Positions 48,662-61,554 of a stretch of 64,000 bases of DNA are shown one piece after another; the first letter of the stretch is position 1; every line of letters begins with the position of its first letter. Made by a program: the position numbers and the translations under genes. Source of the stretch: Vicugna vicugna (taxonomy: Eukaryota); assembly GCA_013265495.1 (NCBI GenBank), contig MU057801.1, forward strand, positions 2,200,301 to 2,264,300, in the 5' to 3' direction. Under the pieces are notes generated by a model, which ran no database searches, was not told where the DNA came from, and saw only the letters and a program-made list of their open reading frames with translations.

Positions 48662-48743
48662 GCTCACCCACCATCAGGCCACCGGGAGACGGACTTCCTG
48701 ATGACACAACCTTTGCGCAAGCAGGTTGGGACCAGGCACCTCT
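48662..48743. repeat. 82-bp dispersed direct repeat, copy 2
   Basis: 78/82 identical to 47298-47379. Confidence 0.95.
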
Positions 48744-48961
48744 GTGTGTGAGGTGCAGCTTTCTCTGTTCCCATGAGTCGGCGTGCAGCAGAGACCCTGC
48801 TGGTGGTTCCAGCAGGTGCTCCCCACGGCGAGCCAACCCAGAGATGGTCCTCGTCTTGAAAATCAGGAGGTGGTTCTGTCCTCCCCCCAGCTCTAATGGG
48901 CCTGGGTTCTGGGGCTGAAGCCAAGTTCTGCCAGCCGTGAACGGAGATCCTGTGGGGGCCA

Positions 48962-49141
48962 GGGGACGGGGTCAGGGGACAGGGTCAGAAAATGGGGCAG
49001 GGTCAGAGGATGGAGGACAGGGTCAGAGGATGGGGATGAGGTCAGAGGATGGGGTGGGGTCAGAGACGGGGGCGGGGTCAGAGGACGGGGTGGGGCACGG
49101 GGTCAGAGGGCAGGGAATGGGGTCAGAGGACGGGGACAGGG
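48962..49141. repeat. G-rich minisatellite, unit about 18-20 bp (ggggtcagaggatgggg-like)
   Basis: Nine RGGTCAG cores visible at irregular spacing. Confidence 0.9.
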
Positions 49142-50960
49142 CACAGTGGGCAGACACTGGTTTTGCAGCGTGGACGATGTCCCAGGAACACCAGCCCCCA
49201 CAAATGCATTTAGACGCTATAATTAACCACTGGGGAAAAAAATGTAATTTTTCCAGATATTTTTCCTCTCAGCAGACATCCAGGATGTGCTTTTCTAGGT
49301 CCCTTCCCTTGAAGTGTGTATATTTTGAAGGAAACGTTGCCCGTGTGTTGCTTACTCGTGTTTCACGCAGATGCTCTCAGCGAGTATTTGCTCGAGGCCC
49401 CAAAGCAACTTCCATTTGTTTGTGTTTTTAGAGAAACTTCCTAAACTTAAAAACAGGAAGTCCTCGCTGGTCCGGTATACAATCGTAAGCTCTGTGGGTT
49501 TTCTAGGTTTGAGATTAGGTGTCCATGACGGGGCAGGAGGGGTTTCAAACCACTGCCACCCACATCGGCCGTGCTCACGGGTGGCAGTGCCTGGAGGGGA
49601 CCAGGAGAGGCCAGGCCTCGTGAAAAACCGGCTTGGACCCACGGCCCTGAGAGGCTTTGGCCCTGATGCCCGGCCTCGAGAGGGAAGGGAAAGGGCATCT
49701 TGGAACTGCCTCTGGCGGGCGAGGCAATGTGTCCTTGCAGCAAAGTGTGCGACAGCTCTGCCTCGGCGGGGCCCTCCCGCTGCCCAAGGGAAGTGGGGAG
49801 GTCAGCGGGAGGAGGTGACGTGGAGGTGAGGGACTGGGGGACCGGGGCGGCAGGGGGTGCCGCCCCGCGTCTGACCTGCTGCCCCCGTTCTCCGCCCGAG
49901 GCCTCAGCCCTAACATCCGTCAAGTGGGAGAGAACACACCTCTCTTATAAATATACGCGCATCAGAAATGGCTTCCACAGCCCCCGCACATGTCGGCGGG
50001 CACCCTCAGCAGACAGCACAGGAGGTCGGGGGGGACCTGCCCTGGCCGTGTGACCGGGTGGCCACACCTGCCCTGACCAGTGTACCGTGGAGGTTCTGGG
50101 TCAGTTTCCAGAGGACGCCGTGTAGACATCGACTCTGAGTCTGTGTCTGTCAGCGCTCAGCTGGATCGGGGTCCCCAAAGTGGGGCACGTGACCCGAGGG
50201 GGGTGCAAGAATGTCCAGCGAGGCCTGGGGAGGACACAAGGGATTGCTTTATGAGAACGTCTCCAGATGTGAGAAAGAGCATCTCCCTGTACTTGGGGTG
50301 AGACTGATCCCTGTGGAGCAGCCAGCACTGCACCCCTGAGCCGTCGGGGACAGGGTGGGAGGCGGGGGCGCGGGAGCCCCAGCCCGCAGTCTAGCCACTC
50401 AGCCTCCATCCAGCGCTGTGGTCTGTGTGTACCTGGCGCACCGGTGGGGACCCAGAGGGACCTTGGCGGTACTTTGATGTGAGTCGGGCGTGGCCGTGCA
50501 AAGCTTGACACCACACGGCTGGTGCGGATCGGTGCACACGGACCAGCAGTTCTAGACACCCGGTGGGCGGCCCTCCTGCAAAAGGCAGGCTCTTGTTTGT
50601 CTACACTGTCCTCTGCAGACAAAGGCTGGTCATCGCATGCAGCCTGCCAGGGTTTCTGAAAAAATAAACCTGTGGACGCTGTCTTCTCAAGGGAAAAGTG
50701 ATGTTTTCAAAGTGGAAGAGAAAGAAACTCATCTCACAGAGAGACTGAAAAATGTGGAGTGTTTTCCGTCCTCGGGAGATTCTATTACGGGAAACAATTG
50801 AAGCACGTTGCTTTAAAAGCCACCATATGTGTCCACCGAGGAAACTTGCGAACAGAATCTGGTGCCTGTGTGTCTCCAGCCAGGGCAGGGTCCGGAGAAC
50901 CAGAGCCCAGCGTGCCCCAAACTTAGAAGCCTGAACTGCTGCTTCAGAAAGTCCAAGCAA

Positions 50961-51052
50961 GGGAGGGGGTGCAGCTCAGTGGTAGAGCGTGTGCTTAGCA
51001 CGCACGGGGTCCTGGGTTCAGTCCCAGTCCCTCCATCAGAAAAGGAGAAAAA
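50961..51052 (+). mobile_element. Camelid tRNA-derived SINE (Vic-1 type)
   Basis: 'gggagggggtgcagctcagtggtagagcgtgtgcttagcacgcacggggtcctgggttcagtccc' plus an A-rich tail. Confidence 0.9.
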
Positions 51053-51616
51053 GGAAGTCTGATTAAGATTTATAAAACCAATGGTGTGTATTTAATCATA
51101 TCAATGCTTCCAGTACCACTTTAGTAAGGAAAAAAGAGATTGAAGTCCACAATAAAAAAATTAATGGAAATTATTTTAAATATTGTTGACTTCATCTTTG
51201 TTGCAATCTTTTTATTTTGATAGATACTCTATTATCCAGATAACATGCCCCTTCAGTGTCGTGGGTATGGGATGTGTGTGTACACATGCACACAAAGTCT
51301 GTTAGTATTTTGGGGGTGAGTTTTTAGATTTAGGGGTATCTCCCTGGTCCCCCTGAGTAGGAGGCCCATGGAGCCCCAGCCCACCCCCCAGCGGAGTCCC
51401 CCTCTGCCCTCCAGCCTGCACCTCACCTGGGAGCTGGCCTCTCTGCTCCTGCCCTACTCCTGCCCGGCCCCAAAACGCACAGAGCCTGTCTTTTGGCAGA
51501 AAGGCCAACGTGGAAATGGCACCTGAGCGAGAGCCTCGGACGTGAGCCAAAGGAAACAAGTGCCCGTCCCTGGAAACCAGGTCCAGAAGTGTGATTCCTT
51601 GGGTGTCTACGGGGCA

Positions 51617-51668
51617 GGGCACACACAGGTGCACAACAGGGCACACGGGTGCACACACAGGTGCACAC
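51617..51668. repeat. Imperfect tandem repeat of about 12 bp (ggtgcacacaca)
   Basis: Directly visible. Confidence 0.75.
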
Positions 51669-53789
51669 GCCACTTAACAAGTCCAGCAAGCAGATGCTCT
51701 TCATCACGGTTTTAATCGCCCAGAAAAGTGACGCTGGTGTGCGGTGTGGCAGAAGAAAAACAAGAAGAGAACGTGGAACTTGGAAGTGTACAGTCTAACT
51801 CGGAGGAAGAGCACCTCAGACACCAGGGCAGTCAGAACAGGGTAAAACATTCCTGAGTAAATAAAGTGCACCAGAGCGGCAGGCGCACCCCCAGAGCCAG
51901 GCCAGGCTGGCAAGTGGCTCGGGGGGCAAAGGACACCCCCAGGTCGGGTGACGGCGAGAGACGCCTGGCTCCCCGTCCCGTCGTGGGGCCAGCTCCGCAG
52001 GCCCAGCGGCCTCTGCTCCTGGATACCCCTCTCCCACCCTTTCCCCCCACCTCCTGCCTCCTGGGACCGCCCCGGGGCACCTCCTGCCCCCTCCCCATCC
52101 TGCCTTGGCTCTGCTCTCAGGGATCAAATTAAACACACGTGGTCTGTCCGGTGGGCACAGCCTCCCGCCCAGGGGTCTGAACCACACGTGCCTCTCTCCT
52201 TCCAAAAACTGTAGCCTGTGCTGCCTGTGGCCTCGTGGTCCCGGGCTCTGCGTCTTCCGGAAGCCTGGGGGCGTGGGGGAGCAGCCCCGCCACCAGCTCC
52301 AGTGCGTGAGGGGCCGAAGAGCCCGTCTGGCCCCCGCAGGAAACGGCCCCGCATCTGGGACACAGGCTTCCTGCCGCCGGCCCCTCCGTCCCCGGTGCCT
52401 GCTGTGCCTCCATCCAAGCCCACAGTCTTCCACCCTTTACACCAGGTATCTGGGGGGCAGCTGGAGCTGCACCTGCCAGGCCCAGGGTCCCCGTGCCAGT
52501 TAGGGGTCTCCGTGGGCTAGAGCGCCAGGCAAGCCAGCCTCCGCCGAAGGGGCCCGTGCGGAGCAGAGCAAAGTGGGCACTTCTGAGCTTGTGTGCTGGC
52601 GCCGCCTCCCGAGCGCCCTCCTCGTGTCCCCGTGGAGCCGCCCTCAGACGGTCGCTGCAGAAGCTGGGCAGGTGACAGCCGGGAAGCGGCCCCAACAGGA
52701 TGGGGCGCCCGGGGATGAGAAATGCCCGTGCTGGCTGCCGGCTCGGGTCCCAGGGAGGAAGCAGCGTGGACGAGACTTCAGATTCCGGTCCACACGCTGA
52801 GGAGGAAACAACACGCTCAGCATCACCTTTTCTCTTACTCATTCGTTGCTACTTTTGCGGCCGTGACTGTGTGTCGGGCACGTGCGCCACGCTGCCTGTT
52901 GGCTCCTTTTCTCCCCAAAACGTCACCTCGTTTATTCCCTGAAACAAACCCTTCGCGTGGGTTGTATTGATGCCCCCACTCAGCCAACGCGTGTGCCCCC
53001 CACTCACCGACACTCACCTGTGGTGACACCCATCGCAGTGCGGTCTGTCCACAGAGCCCCCCGGGGTGACGCCATCCCGCCCCCCGCACCGCGCATGCCC
53101 TGCCAGGAACTGCCTGGAACTGGAGGAGAAAATTCACCCCTTCATTTTTCCAAATGAATGTGGCTCAGTTAAGCGACCTCGGGGTGAATTCTGCCAAGAG
53201 TCAACTAGCCCTGACAGCGGTGCCCTTCGGTCCCTGCCCCGCTCCGGGGAAGCGGGTGGTCCAAGGTGACTCAGGGGACATTAGCACACTGGCGAGGAGC
53301 CAGGTTCTCGTCTCAGGTTGGTTTGGGCAAAAGCCAACTTCTGCCCCAATTCATTTTCTTCCAGCAACAGATCGTATGTATCCCCTAGCTCGGGCGTGTT
53401 TACTGAGAAGAAACAGGCTGTGTGGGTGGAAACAGGCCGCCGCGCCCACACACCAGGCCTTAGGGCACCTGCCTGCGGCCGGCCTGGGCGGGCCGGTGCC
53501 GCGGCTCGCACGGGGGGCCCGGGGCCCACCCGTCTCCCATCCACGCACTTGCTCTTGCTTTTCCTCCTGTAACACCCCACCCAGGGCCTCCAGGTTCTGG
53601 GCCGACGACAACGTGATCATCATCGTGGTTTTTTTAAACAAGTCGGCAACAAATAGAAACGAAGATTAACCCAAAAACCAACCGATTTCGGATAAACCGA
53701 GACACCCCTGCAGGGACCCCAGGCAGCGCCTGCAGCCGGCGTGCTGCTGTGTGTGCTCAGTGAGGGCAAGTCCAAAACAGCCCGTGCTC

Positions 53790-53986
53790 TGCTGCAGGCA
53801 GCCACACAGAACAGACGGGCAAGGAGGGCAAGGTCCCCTGTGCAGCACAGGCAACCACAGTCACAGGCTCGCGGTGACCTGCAGTGGAGAAGAACGCGCA
53901 TGTATCCGTGTGTGTGTGCAACTGAATCCCTGTGCCGCACGCCGGAAACTGACACAGCACTGTAAATCCAGAAAATGCAAAAAAAG
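53790..53986 (+). mobile_element. Laurasiatherian/artiodactyl L1 3' end
   Basis: 'gcaaggtcccctgtgcagcacaggcaacc...caactgaatccctgtgccgcacgccggaaactgacacagcactgtaaatc' parallels the recalled consensus 'acaaggtcctactgtatagcacagggaact...taactgaatcactttgctgtacacctgaaactaacacaacattgtaaatc'. Confidence 0.75.
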
Positions 53987-54109
53987 TGTTCAAATGGTGC
54001 TGAACTTCACCCTGTGGGGTTTGGCTGTCAGCCGAGGCCTTAAGATCTGACGGGTAGCTTTAAGTAAATCCCTTGCTGTTTTCAAAACACACACACACAA
54101 ATGGTGATG

Positions 54110-54275
54110 TCATCTGATGGGGACAGAGTTTGGGGGAGGACGAGAAATGTCTGCATGTGGGTGGTGGGGTGGCTGGGCAACATGAACGTGCTTAATGCCA
54201 GTGAACCACACACTCAGAAACAGCTACAACGGCTGAATTGTATGTTCTGTACCTTTTACCACCATGAAAAGAACA
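54110..54275 (+). mobile_element. L1MB/MC-type 3' end
   Basis: 'aacgtgcttaatgccagtgaaccacacactcagaaac...ttgtatgttctgtaccttttaccacc' matches the typical terminus. Confidence 0.7.
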
Positions 54276-56919
54276 CAAGAGGTCATTCGGAAATAATCTG
54301 AGGTACTTTTCTGTATGTTTGAAATACTTCATAACACTAACAAGCACATAAATAAATACATAAAAGTGAGTATTAAAATCGCAGTGCTGACCCCCCACCC
54401 TAAAAATCCCCGCAGGTACACCAGCACGTTCCGAGGCGAGGATTCTCGGGGAGGCCCGGCGTCCGCGCACGCGCGGGCGTCCGCACCCAGCCCCCAGGTC
54501 TTCCCATCACCCTGGTGGGAGGTGGGTCACGGCTCAGAGCGGGAGTGGGGGTTGACTGTGTCCGAGGGGAGCAGGAGGGCCGATGGGGACGGGAGCCCCC
54601 ACGCCCGACGCCCCTTCCGTACCTGGCCCGTCCTGGCAGGTGTCCTCGTTGGAGCCAGGGGACAACTGACAGTGCCCAGCAGCCAGGCCCGCGCACCTCA
54701 GGCCACTCGGACACCCGCTCAGCCCACCAGCGCCCACAGGACCGCGTGACTCCCCCGGCTCCGAGGCTTCATGCAAGTACTGAGGAGAATGCCTGAAAAT
54801 GGACCCAGGTCAGCTCATGTGTGTGGCCGTCCGGCTTGTGGGCAAGAGCTCCCTGGCTTGAGCGTCTCCAGGCCACGCTGGGAGCCGTGGGCAGGTGTTC
54901 GCAGCGGCTGGCGGGGTGGAGGGGCGTCATCCCTGCCGTCGGGTCCAGACCTGGGGTCTCTGGCCACACTGCTCCTGGCACCTGGTCCCCGAACCCCCCG
55001 AGCTCCTCTCGGGCACCGTCCACCCCTGGCTTCCAGACTGACCGTCACAGGAAGTGGGGAGGAAAAGGCGAGCGACAGCTGGAGCCCCTGCTGGCGAAAC
55101 GGCGCAGAGGGCGGCCCCCCCCTGCGGACACTCGGGGCCGACCCTGCGGCCCTGCCAGCAGCTGCCAGCCGGCCACGGGCTCTGTAAAGAGCTGGTGTGA
55201 GTGGTCAGGCTTCACAAGCCAGTCGGTGTCCTGCACACTGGTCACCTGCCCCGAGGCGGTGGACGTCGCGGGGGCCGAGAAGACGGGCTCGTGGCTTTGA
55301 ACTTTCCCGTCTCATGTGATACTGACACTCTTTTGCTGCTTTCCCCTCAGTCATCTAAAACTGTAAAGACCTGGGGCTGAGCAGGAAACCCAGGGGCCTC
55401 CCCGGGACGGACCCCACCCTCACGTCCTCGCCCGCCTCCTGTTGGCAGGAGCGCTGTGGCCTCCAGAGCCGCCCCCGAGCGCAGAGAGCCGGCCCAGCAG
55501 TTATTGGTGAAGACGAGAGCCTCAGGACCCCCAGCTCCTCCCAGGAGGACGCCGGTCCCCGGGCCGGGCTGCGGACACTGAAACCTCCACCAGAGGGAAA
55601 GGGCGAGTGCGCGATGACCAGACCGTGGCCATGACACGGCTGCTCCACCTTGAGCAGGGCGGAGCCCGCGGTTTGCACGATTCTGAGAACTGGCCTCGAG
55701 GAAATGGGAACAAACCGGCCCTGGAGTTGAAGATGAACTGCGCTTAAAACAATCAAGTTGTGGCTGACCCGACCCCCGCAGACCTGGAGGACTATCAGCT
55801 TGACCATCGGGGCTGGCCGCGCTGCCCTGCGCGTAGCCCCGGCCGACACACCTGGAAGCTGCCCGGTTTTCCCTGTGAAACCCTTTTCCCTCTAACTGAC
55901 AACGGGGGACGATTTAGGGGACGCCAGTCCGCCATCAACCCATCTGCCAGCTTCCTGAGAAAAACTTCTTTTTCCGCCAACCCCGTCTCTGAAACGTTGA
56001 TTTCTGAGCAAAGAGCAGCAGAGCCTGAGTTCGGTTCTGGTCCAGCTGGGGACAAAACCCCGGGCCACTCACAACCACACAGAAGCCAGATTTGCTCCCA
56101 GGGTCACAGGCTGCCCCCCTGGTTTACCCTGGAGGCGACACCACGAGATGCCTCGGTGGCAGCGAGGGCTGTGCACGTGGGAGGGGCAGCCCTGGGGAGG
56201 GGCGGGGAGGGGAGAAACGCAGCCCTTCCAGGGAAGCCACCCGCCTCCATCAGGCAGGTTGTTCGCTCTCCACTCTTTGCCGTGGCTGAAGCATCAGCGC
56301 TGACGTGGACGCCTCCGCCGGCTCCCGTGGGCGCCGGGTTTGTCCCCCACCACCGATGAGGCCACTGCCGTCACCCTGATCTTCTGAGGAGAAAATTGGG
56401 GCACAAACGCAAGAAGGAAGCTGCCCAAGACCACGTGGATGGTGGGGCGGGCGCAGCGTCGAGGCATCTGGTCTCAGCCTCGGCGCCCCTCCCCCCGTGT
56501 CCACCGGCCACTGCAGGGGTCTTACCCAGAACATCGGGGCCGCCCACCCCCACCCAGGGGTCCAGAAAGTTCTGTTTCTTCTCTCCGACAGGCTCCTGCA
56601 CCCACTTCTCCACATCCACACGCCCAACAGAGCACATGGAAGCTGCTGCTCTGGCCGCTGTCCGAGTGACCACATGTGCCCAGCTCAGTCACGCGCACAC
56701 ACACACGCTCACCTCCCTGCCCCTCGGGTCCCCCTGGGCTGGGTCGAGCTCCATTGCAGGGGATGGGTGGAGGGTGGAGGGTGGATGGGAGGCATGGCCT
56801 CCGCAGAGGGGTTAGTGGGACACGGGGGTCCAGTGACGTCCTTGACCTGGCTGGGGCAGCAGGGAGAGGCAGGCAGGGCCGGGGTGGAGGCCCTAACATG
56901 TCGTCGTGTGCCGCCTCGG

Positions 56920-57023
56920 CTGCTGCCGCCTGGTTCTCACCTGCCCACCTGCAGTCCCCCCCAACTGCTGCCGCCCGGTTCTCACCTGCCCACCTGCAGT
57001 CCCCCCCCCCCCCCACTGCTGCC
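56920..57023. repeat. Tandem duplication of about 45 bp (2.2 copies) with a variable poly-C
   Basis: 'ctgctgccgccYggttctcacctgcccacctgcagtccccc' starts at 56920 and 56965; a partial third copy starts at 57016. Confidence 0.9.
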
Positions 57024-60000
57024 TTCCTGTGGTGCCTGTTTCCACGTCCATCATAGACACTGAGAATTCCCTGGGTCCCCCACCCTCCAAGACTCGGATT
57101 TTTGGACTCTTAGTTTTCGCCACTTTGCCAGCAGTGGAACGGCATCTCTGCTGCGATCTGCCTTCTGCCTCTTCTCCAGGCGGTGGCCAGCAGAGACCCC
57201 ACAGCTGTCCTCGCTGTCCCGGGGCCCTTGCACCCGCCTTCCCCTGAGCCTGTGTGCTCTTCCCAGGTGTCCGCACAGCACCTGCCTCTCATCCTCGTCC
57301 TCCCGTCCCACGTACCTCTGCCTTTGGGTCCCAGATGGAGGAGCACAGGGCTTCTCTCCCCAAATCACACGGGAGCCCTCCTGGGGGCAGCGTGGCCTCG
57401 TGTCTGCCCAGCAGCACAGCGGTACTTCTGTGCACATGCAGCGCAAGGCCCCCAGCTGCACGGCTGCCGGGGGGGACGAGCCCCGTGGCCCAGGGACCAT
57501 GACGCTAAGTGTGTGTAGAACCAGGCGGGTCTGTGCCGACAGGGACCGTAAACACAGGGCACGGGACTCACTCGAGAATCGCAGAGAATGACCAGAACCA
57601 CAGTGACGTCTTTCTCTCGGGACACGTGTCCGTGGAAGTTGGAATTCTGGTGTTTTGAGTCTTCATTTGGCTGAACTTGGCATTGACTGTTTCAGCTGTG
57701 TGTCGTTGTTTACAGCTTTCAGAAAACAAGACTCTCCTTTTCTGTGAAATTGTTCGGGGTGAGGCGAGAGCCAAGCGACCTGAAGGTGTGGACCTCCCGC
57801 ATCTGGGGGTCGCAGGCTGGGGATACTCAGGATGGGCAGCCGTGCAGGGCGGAGGGCTGAGCCGTCTCATCACAAGGAAGGCCAGCCCCGCCCCTCTCGC
57901 TGCCCACCCTCACTCCCCCAGCTCCAAGGCCGTCAGGTCAGCATGCCCACACTTCCTCCCCCCCCCGTCCCAGTCCCAACCTCGGTGCTGCCAGACTTCT
58001 GCAGAATCCCCCAGGCCCCTGCCAGTCTCCCCCAGAGACCAGAAAGACCTTAAACACGAGTGGGAATGTGACCCCTTCCTTAAAACTCGGGGTGAATCAT
58101 CCTCTGTCCCTCTCAAAGCCTCTGCATGTGCCGTCTCCAACCCAGGACCCACCCCCGCCCCATGGTGTCCAGCCCAGAACTGGCACCAAGACGGCCCCGC
58201 GGGAGGGAGGGTGGCGACTCCTTGTCTGAGCGCCTTTGGTCACTGATGGCATGAATCTGCGGGGCGTCCCCCTTGCTGGCCGGCCCCTCAGTGGTCTCAG
58301 GTCGTGGGCAGATGCTCCCAGTCCCCGCTCTCTAGGGCTGCCCCTCTCTGTCCTGCCCCCATGTGTGTCTGCTGGCCCCTGTCCTGCCCCCCATCCCGCC
58401 TCCTTGCCCAGGTCACAGACGACATCACCAGACTGAAGCAGGCCACGGGTCAGCCAGGCAGTGCCTTGCCTTTAAGGAGACCCAGCGGCCTCTGCCCAAA
58501 TCCTAACGGCTGTTGGATTCATCAAACACAAGACAGTGGAATTTGCCCAGCGGTGTGTCACGGAGAACTTCTAAATCCAGCGATATTAACAGTAGCGCAT
58601 GCTGAGAGCTGGGGCTCGCCCCACTCCCCAGTCCAGAGACGGGGACCCTGGGCCACGTCCCCAGCTCCGTGCTTGTGTGCCCTTGGGTTTGGGCCATGCT
58701 CACTAAGAGTGGGAGGAGAGGAGTGCTTTCTAGATGAACGAAGGAAGCTGCGTATCCCTCAGGTGCCCACGGGGAGGAGAGGGGACCAGTGGAGGGGGAC
58801 CAGTGCGGGTGGGGTGCGGGGGTGCTACTGTGTGACAGAATCCCCACGGTGCCCAGAGCCCTTGGCGGGAGGGGCAGGGCTCCGCACGTGGCCAGCGCCT
58901 GAAGGCATGTGCTGGGGTCACTCGCGGGGCTGCCTCGTGGCTGCGGCTGGGTCGACTTCTCCCCGAGGGGTCTAGGTGGGGCCGCCTTTAAACCATCACG
59001 CCCTGCCTCCTGCCTCTCCTCCAGCCCCGGGCAGCTTGGCTGTTGTTTGCAAAATCAGTCCCAGGGTCAGGACCTTGAACTTGGGCTGGAATCTGGGGCT
59101 CCACCTTTTGGCAGGGCACCATGGAAGTGGCCTTTGGTCCACCCAACGGACGTTCTGCCTCCGAGCCTGTGTTTTCAGAAGGATCTGCTGACTCGGCGAT
59201 GGCCCTCTCCCGGCCGACAGCGGCTGGGTGTGCACCAGAAACTCTTTCTGGTCGCATTTACCGTGACCCACACACGTCGTTTTCCCCAATTTGCTCTAAA
59301 GCTTCTGAGAAACATTTTCCCTCCACAGTCTGCACATCAAAAGGTCTTACTCCTCAGCCGCTGGAACCACGGGCTTCTCGGGGACCGCCAGCCCGGCTCC
59401 CGTTGCAGACAGACCCACAGTGGCCCACTTAGTGCGAACGCCAGTCTGACCAGACACCCCGAGCAGGGCTCGGGTTTCAGTAAGGCTGCCGGACCCCGGA
59501 AACAGAAGCAGGAGTCTTGTCCGGGGACCCATGCGTCTGACACGGCCTTGGGCGTGAACCCCCAAGGGACTCGGGTTTCAAGTCACAATACTGACAGTTT
59601 GGTCGAGACCCCGAAACAACCTGTCCTTTGATCACTGCTTTAGTGACGGTTTCTGTCCGCGGGGAGCCTGGAGTCCAGGAGGCCTGGGCGTCCCCCAGTC
59701 CCGGCCGGTGAAGCCAGAGCAGAGGCTCCCGGCCTCCGCTCCCCGCCGGACGGTGTGGATGCGACTCCGCCTGGTGGACGGTTCAGATTCTGAGGGTGCG
59801 GAGCTGGGTCCGGGGGCCTCACTCCACTCAGGAGCCCCACAGGCACGTGGTGCCCCCAGGCCCCAGGCTCGTGGTGAGGGGGTGACGGGGAGGCCCCGAC
59901 CTCGGAGGAGACAGGTTCCTCTGGGCTGGGACGCAGGGTCTGAGCCCCCTCCCGGGCCTGGCCCCGGCCCCTTCCTTACGGCCCTCCTCCAGGTCCACTC

Positions 60001-60529
60001 AGGCCGCTGCCGTGAAGGCTCACGGGACCTGGAGGTCAGCACAGGATGCTCCCGACCCCGGGAACGGCGTCTTCAAAAAATACATTACAGAGAAAATCGA
60101 CGTTTTCATAGCAAATTTAGCAAATGACGAGAAGGGAAACCAAAAACCCTGCGATTATCTGTGACCCCCCTTCACACCACTCACGTTCTGATGTTTCTCT
60201 CTGGTATGTGTCACACATACGCCTGTGCATCACGTTTTTTTCCAAACACAAGTTTATTCTGTAATCTCTTTTTCTCATCTAGAAATTTATTTTTTAAGTC
60301 AGCACCTGAACGCATTACAAAAGAGTCAAGCGATTTGAAAATAAAGAGTCCCTCCCCGGCCCCCGCAGCCTGGGCCCCTGCCCGGTGACCGCGGGGCCAG
60401 GAGCCCCTCCCCAAGCCCTACTCCGCTGCTCTGGCGAGGACGCGGCGCGGCGGGGCTGAGCCCAAGGGCCTCGCGGTCCTCGCTGTAATGAAGGCGTTCA
60501 GTGGTTCTCGAAAGAGTTGTTTGGATTTG

Positions 60530-60760
60530 TTCTCCCAAATTGGAACAGCTGTTTTCCCACGCCTGCTGACACCTGCGATCCTTCTGCGTCTCAGCGTCTG
60601 CCAGCCCGTAGGCGAAAGAGTTATCTCCCGGTTGTTTTAGTTTGATTTCCATGAAGGGCGGCGATGTTTACGTTGGCTGGGGAGCGTCCCTGCCGTGAAC
60701 AACCTGGTCACATCCTGGCGTCTATGCCGTTAGCCTTTTAAAATGGTTTTGGAACTTCCT
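60530..60760 (-). mobile_element. L1M fragment
   Basis: 'ttcccacgcctgctgacacctgcg...gttatctcccggttgttttagtttgatttccatgaagggcggcgatgttt' parallels the recalled antisense L1 3' region. Confidence 0.55.
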
Positions 60761-61174
60761 TCTACGCCTAGTATTAAATTTCCACGCGATCTGTGTGTAT
60801 ATACGGCGTTTTTCTCCCGGCCTTTGCACTTCTTAAAACTTCGCTTATGATGCCTTTCTTCATTGGTTTTTAAAGTTATTTTTATGTCACCCAAACTTTC
60901 AATTTCCTGTAATAATTTTGAGAATTCTGCCTTATTACATGAATGTTATATGCATACCAACTATAAGTTGGTTTTTATATTTACTTCTTTCTCAAAAATA
61001 TATTCCACAAATGCGCATTAAAAGAGGGTTCTGCCTTCGTCCCAACGGCGTATCCGAGCGTAGTAGTTGAATCCCAAGCGTCGTTACTGAACGAAGTAGA
61101 AGTGCTCACGTATCTGAAAGGCTGCGTCCCCACATGAGGTTATGATTAGTGCACTTTGTGCTAAAATCACGTTC

Positions 61175-61289
61175 TTTTTTGGGGGGTGGTAATCAGGTTT
61201 TTATTTATTCAGATGGAGGTCTTGGGGGTTGAACTCGGGACCTCGTGCATGCGAGCCACGGACTCTGCCACTGAGCTGCACCCTCCCCC
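61175..61289 (-). mobile_element. Camelid tRNA-derived SINE (Vic-1 type), long-tail form
   Basis: Antisense head 'ctgagctgcaccctcccc' and B-box; TSD taaaatcacgttc (61162-61174) / taaaaccaccgttc (61291-61304). Confidence 0.92.
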
Positions 61290-61554
61290 TTAAAACCACC
61301 GTTCATTTGCTGTGTTTTCTTGAGTGTCATTTCCACGTGTTGCGTCCAGGGCCTGACCCTTGTGGTGCTGCCCTGACGCCCGTGGACTTGAGGCTCCTCC
61401 CTCTGCCTTGAGAAGGTTCTGATGGTCAAAGTGGGTCAGACAAGCAAGCGCTAACCCCAGGCGGCTCCTTCTGACTCCGCAGACCTGGGGGGCTTCTCTT
61501 TGTGACCTGGGACGTCCTTTTAGACCACCAAGGACATTCGAAAAGGCACGCGCC

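Noticed and set aside
47298-49141. Direct repeats as a CRISPR-like or provirus-bounding structure
   Set aside because: Eukaryotic DNA; no regular repeat-spacer periodicity; the 82-bp copies lack LTR hallmarks.
50690-53620. Protein-like short frames (GKSDVFKVEEKETHL.., EEKQEENVELGSV.., NTPELGDTYDLLLEENELGQKLAF..)
   Set aside because: They lie on inconsistent strands and phases, have incomplete splice-site pairs, and match no protein I recognise.
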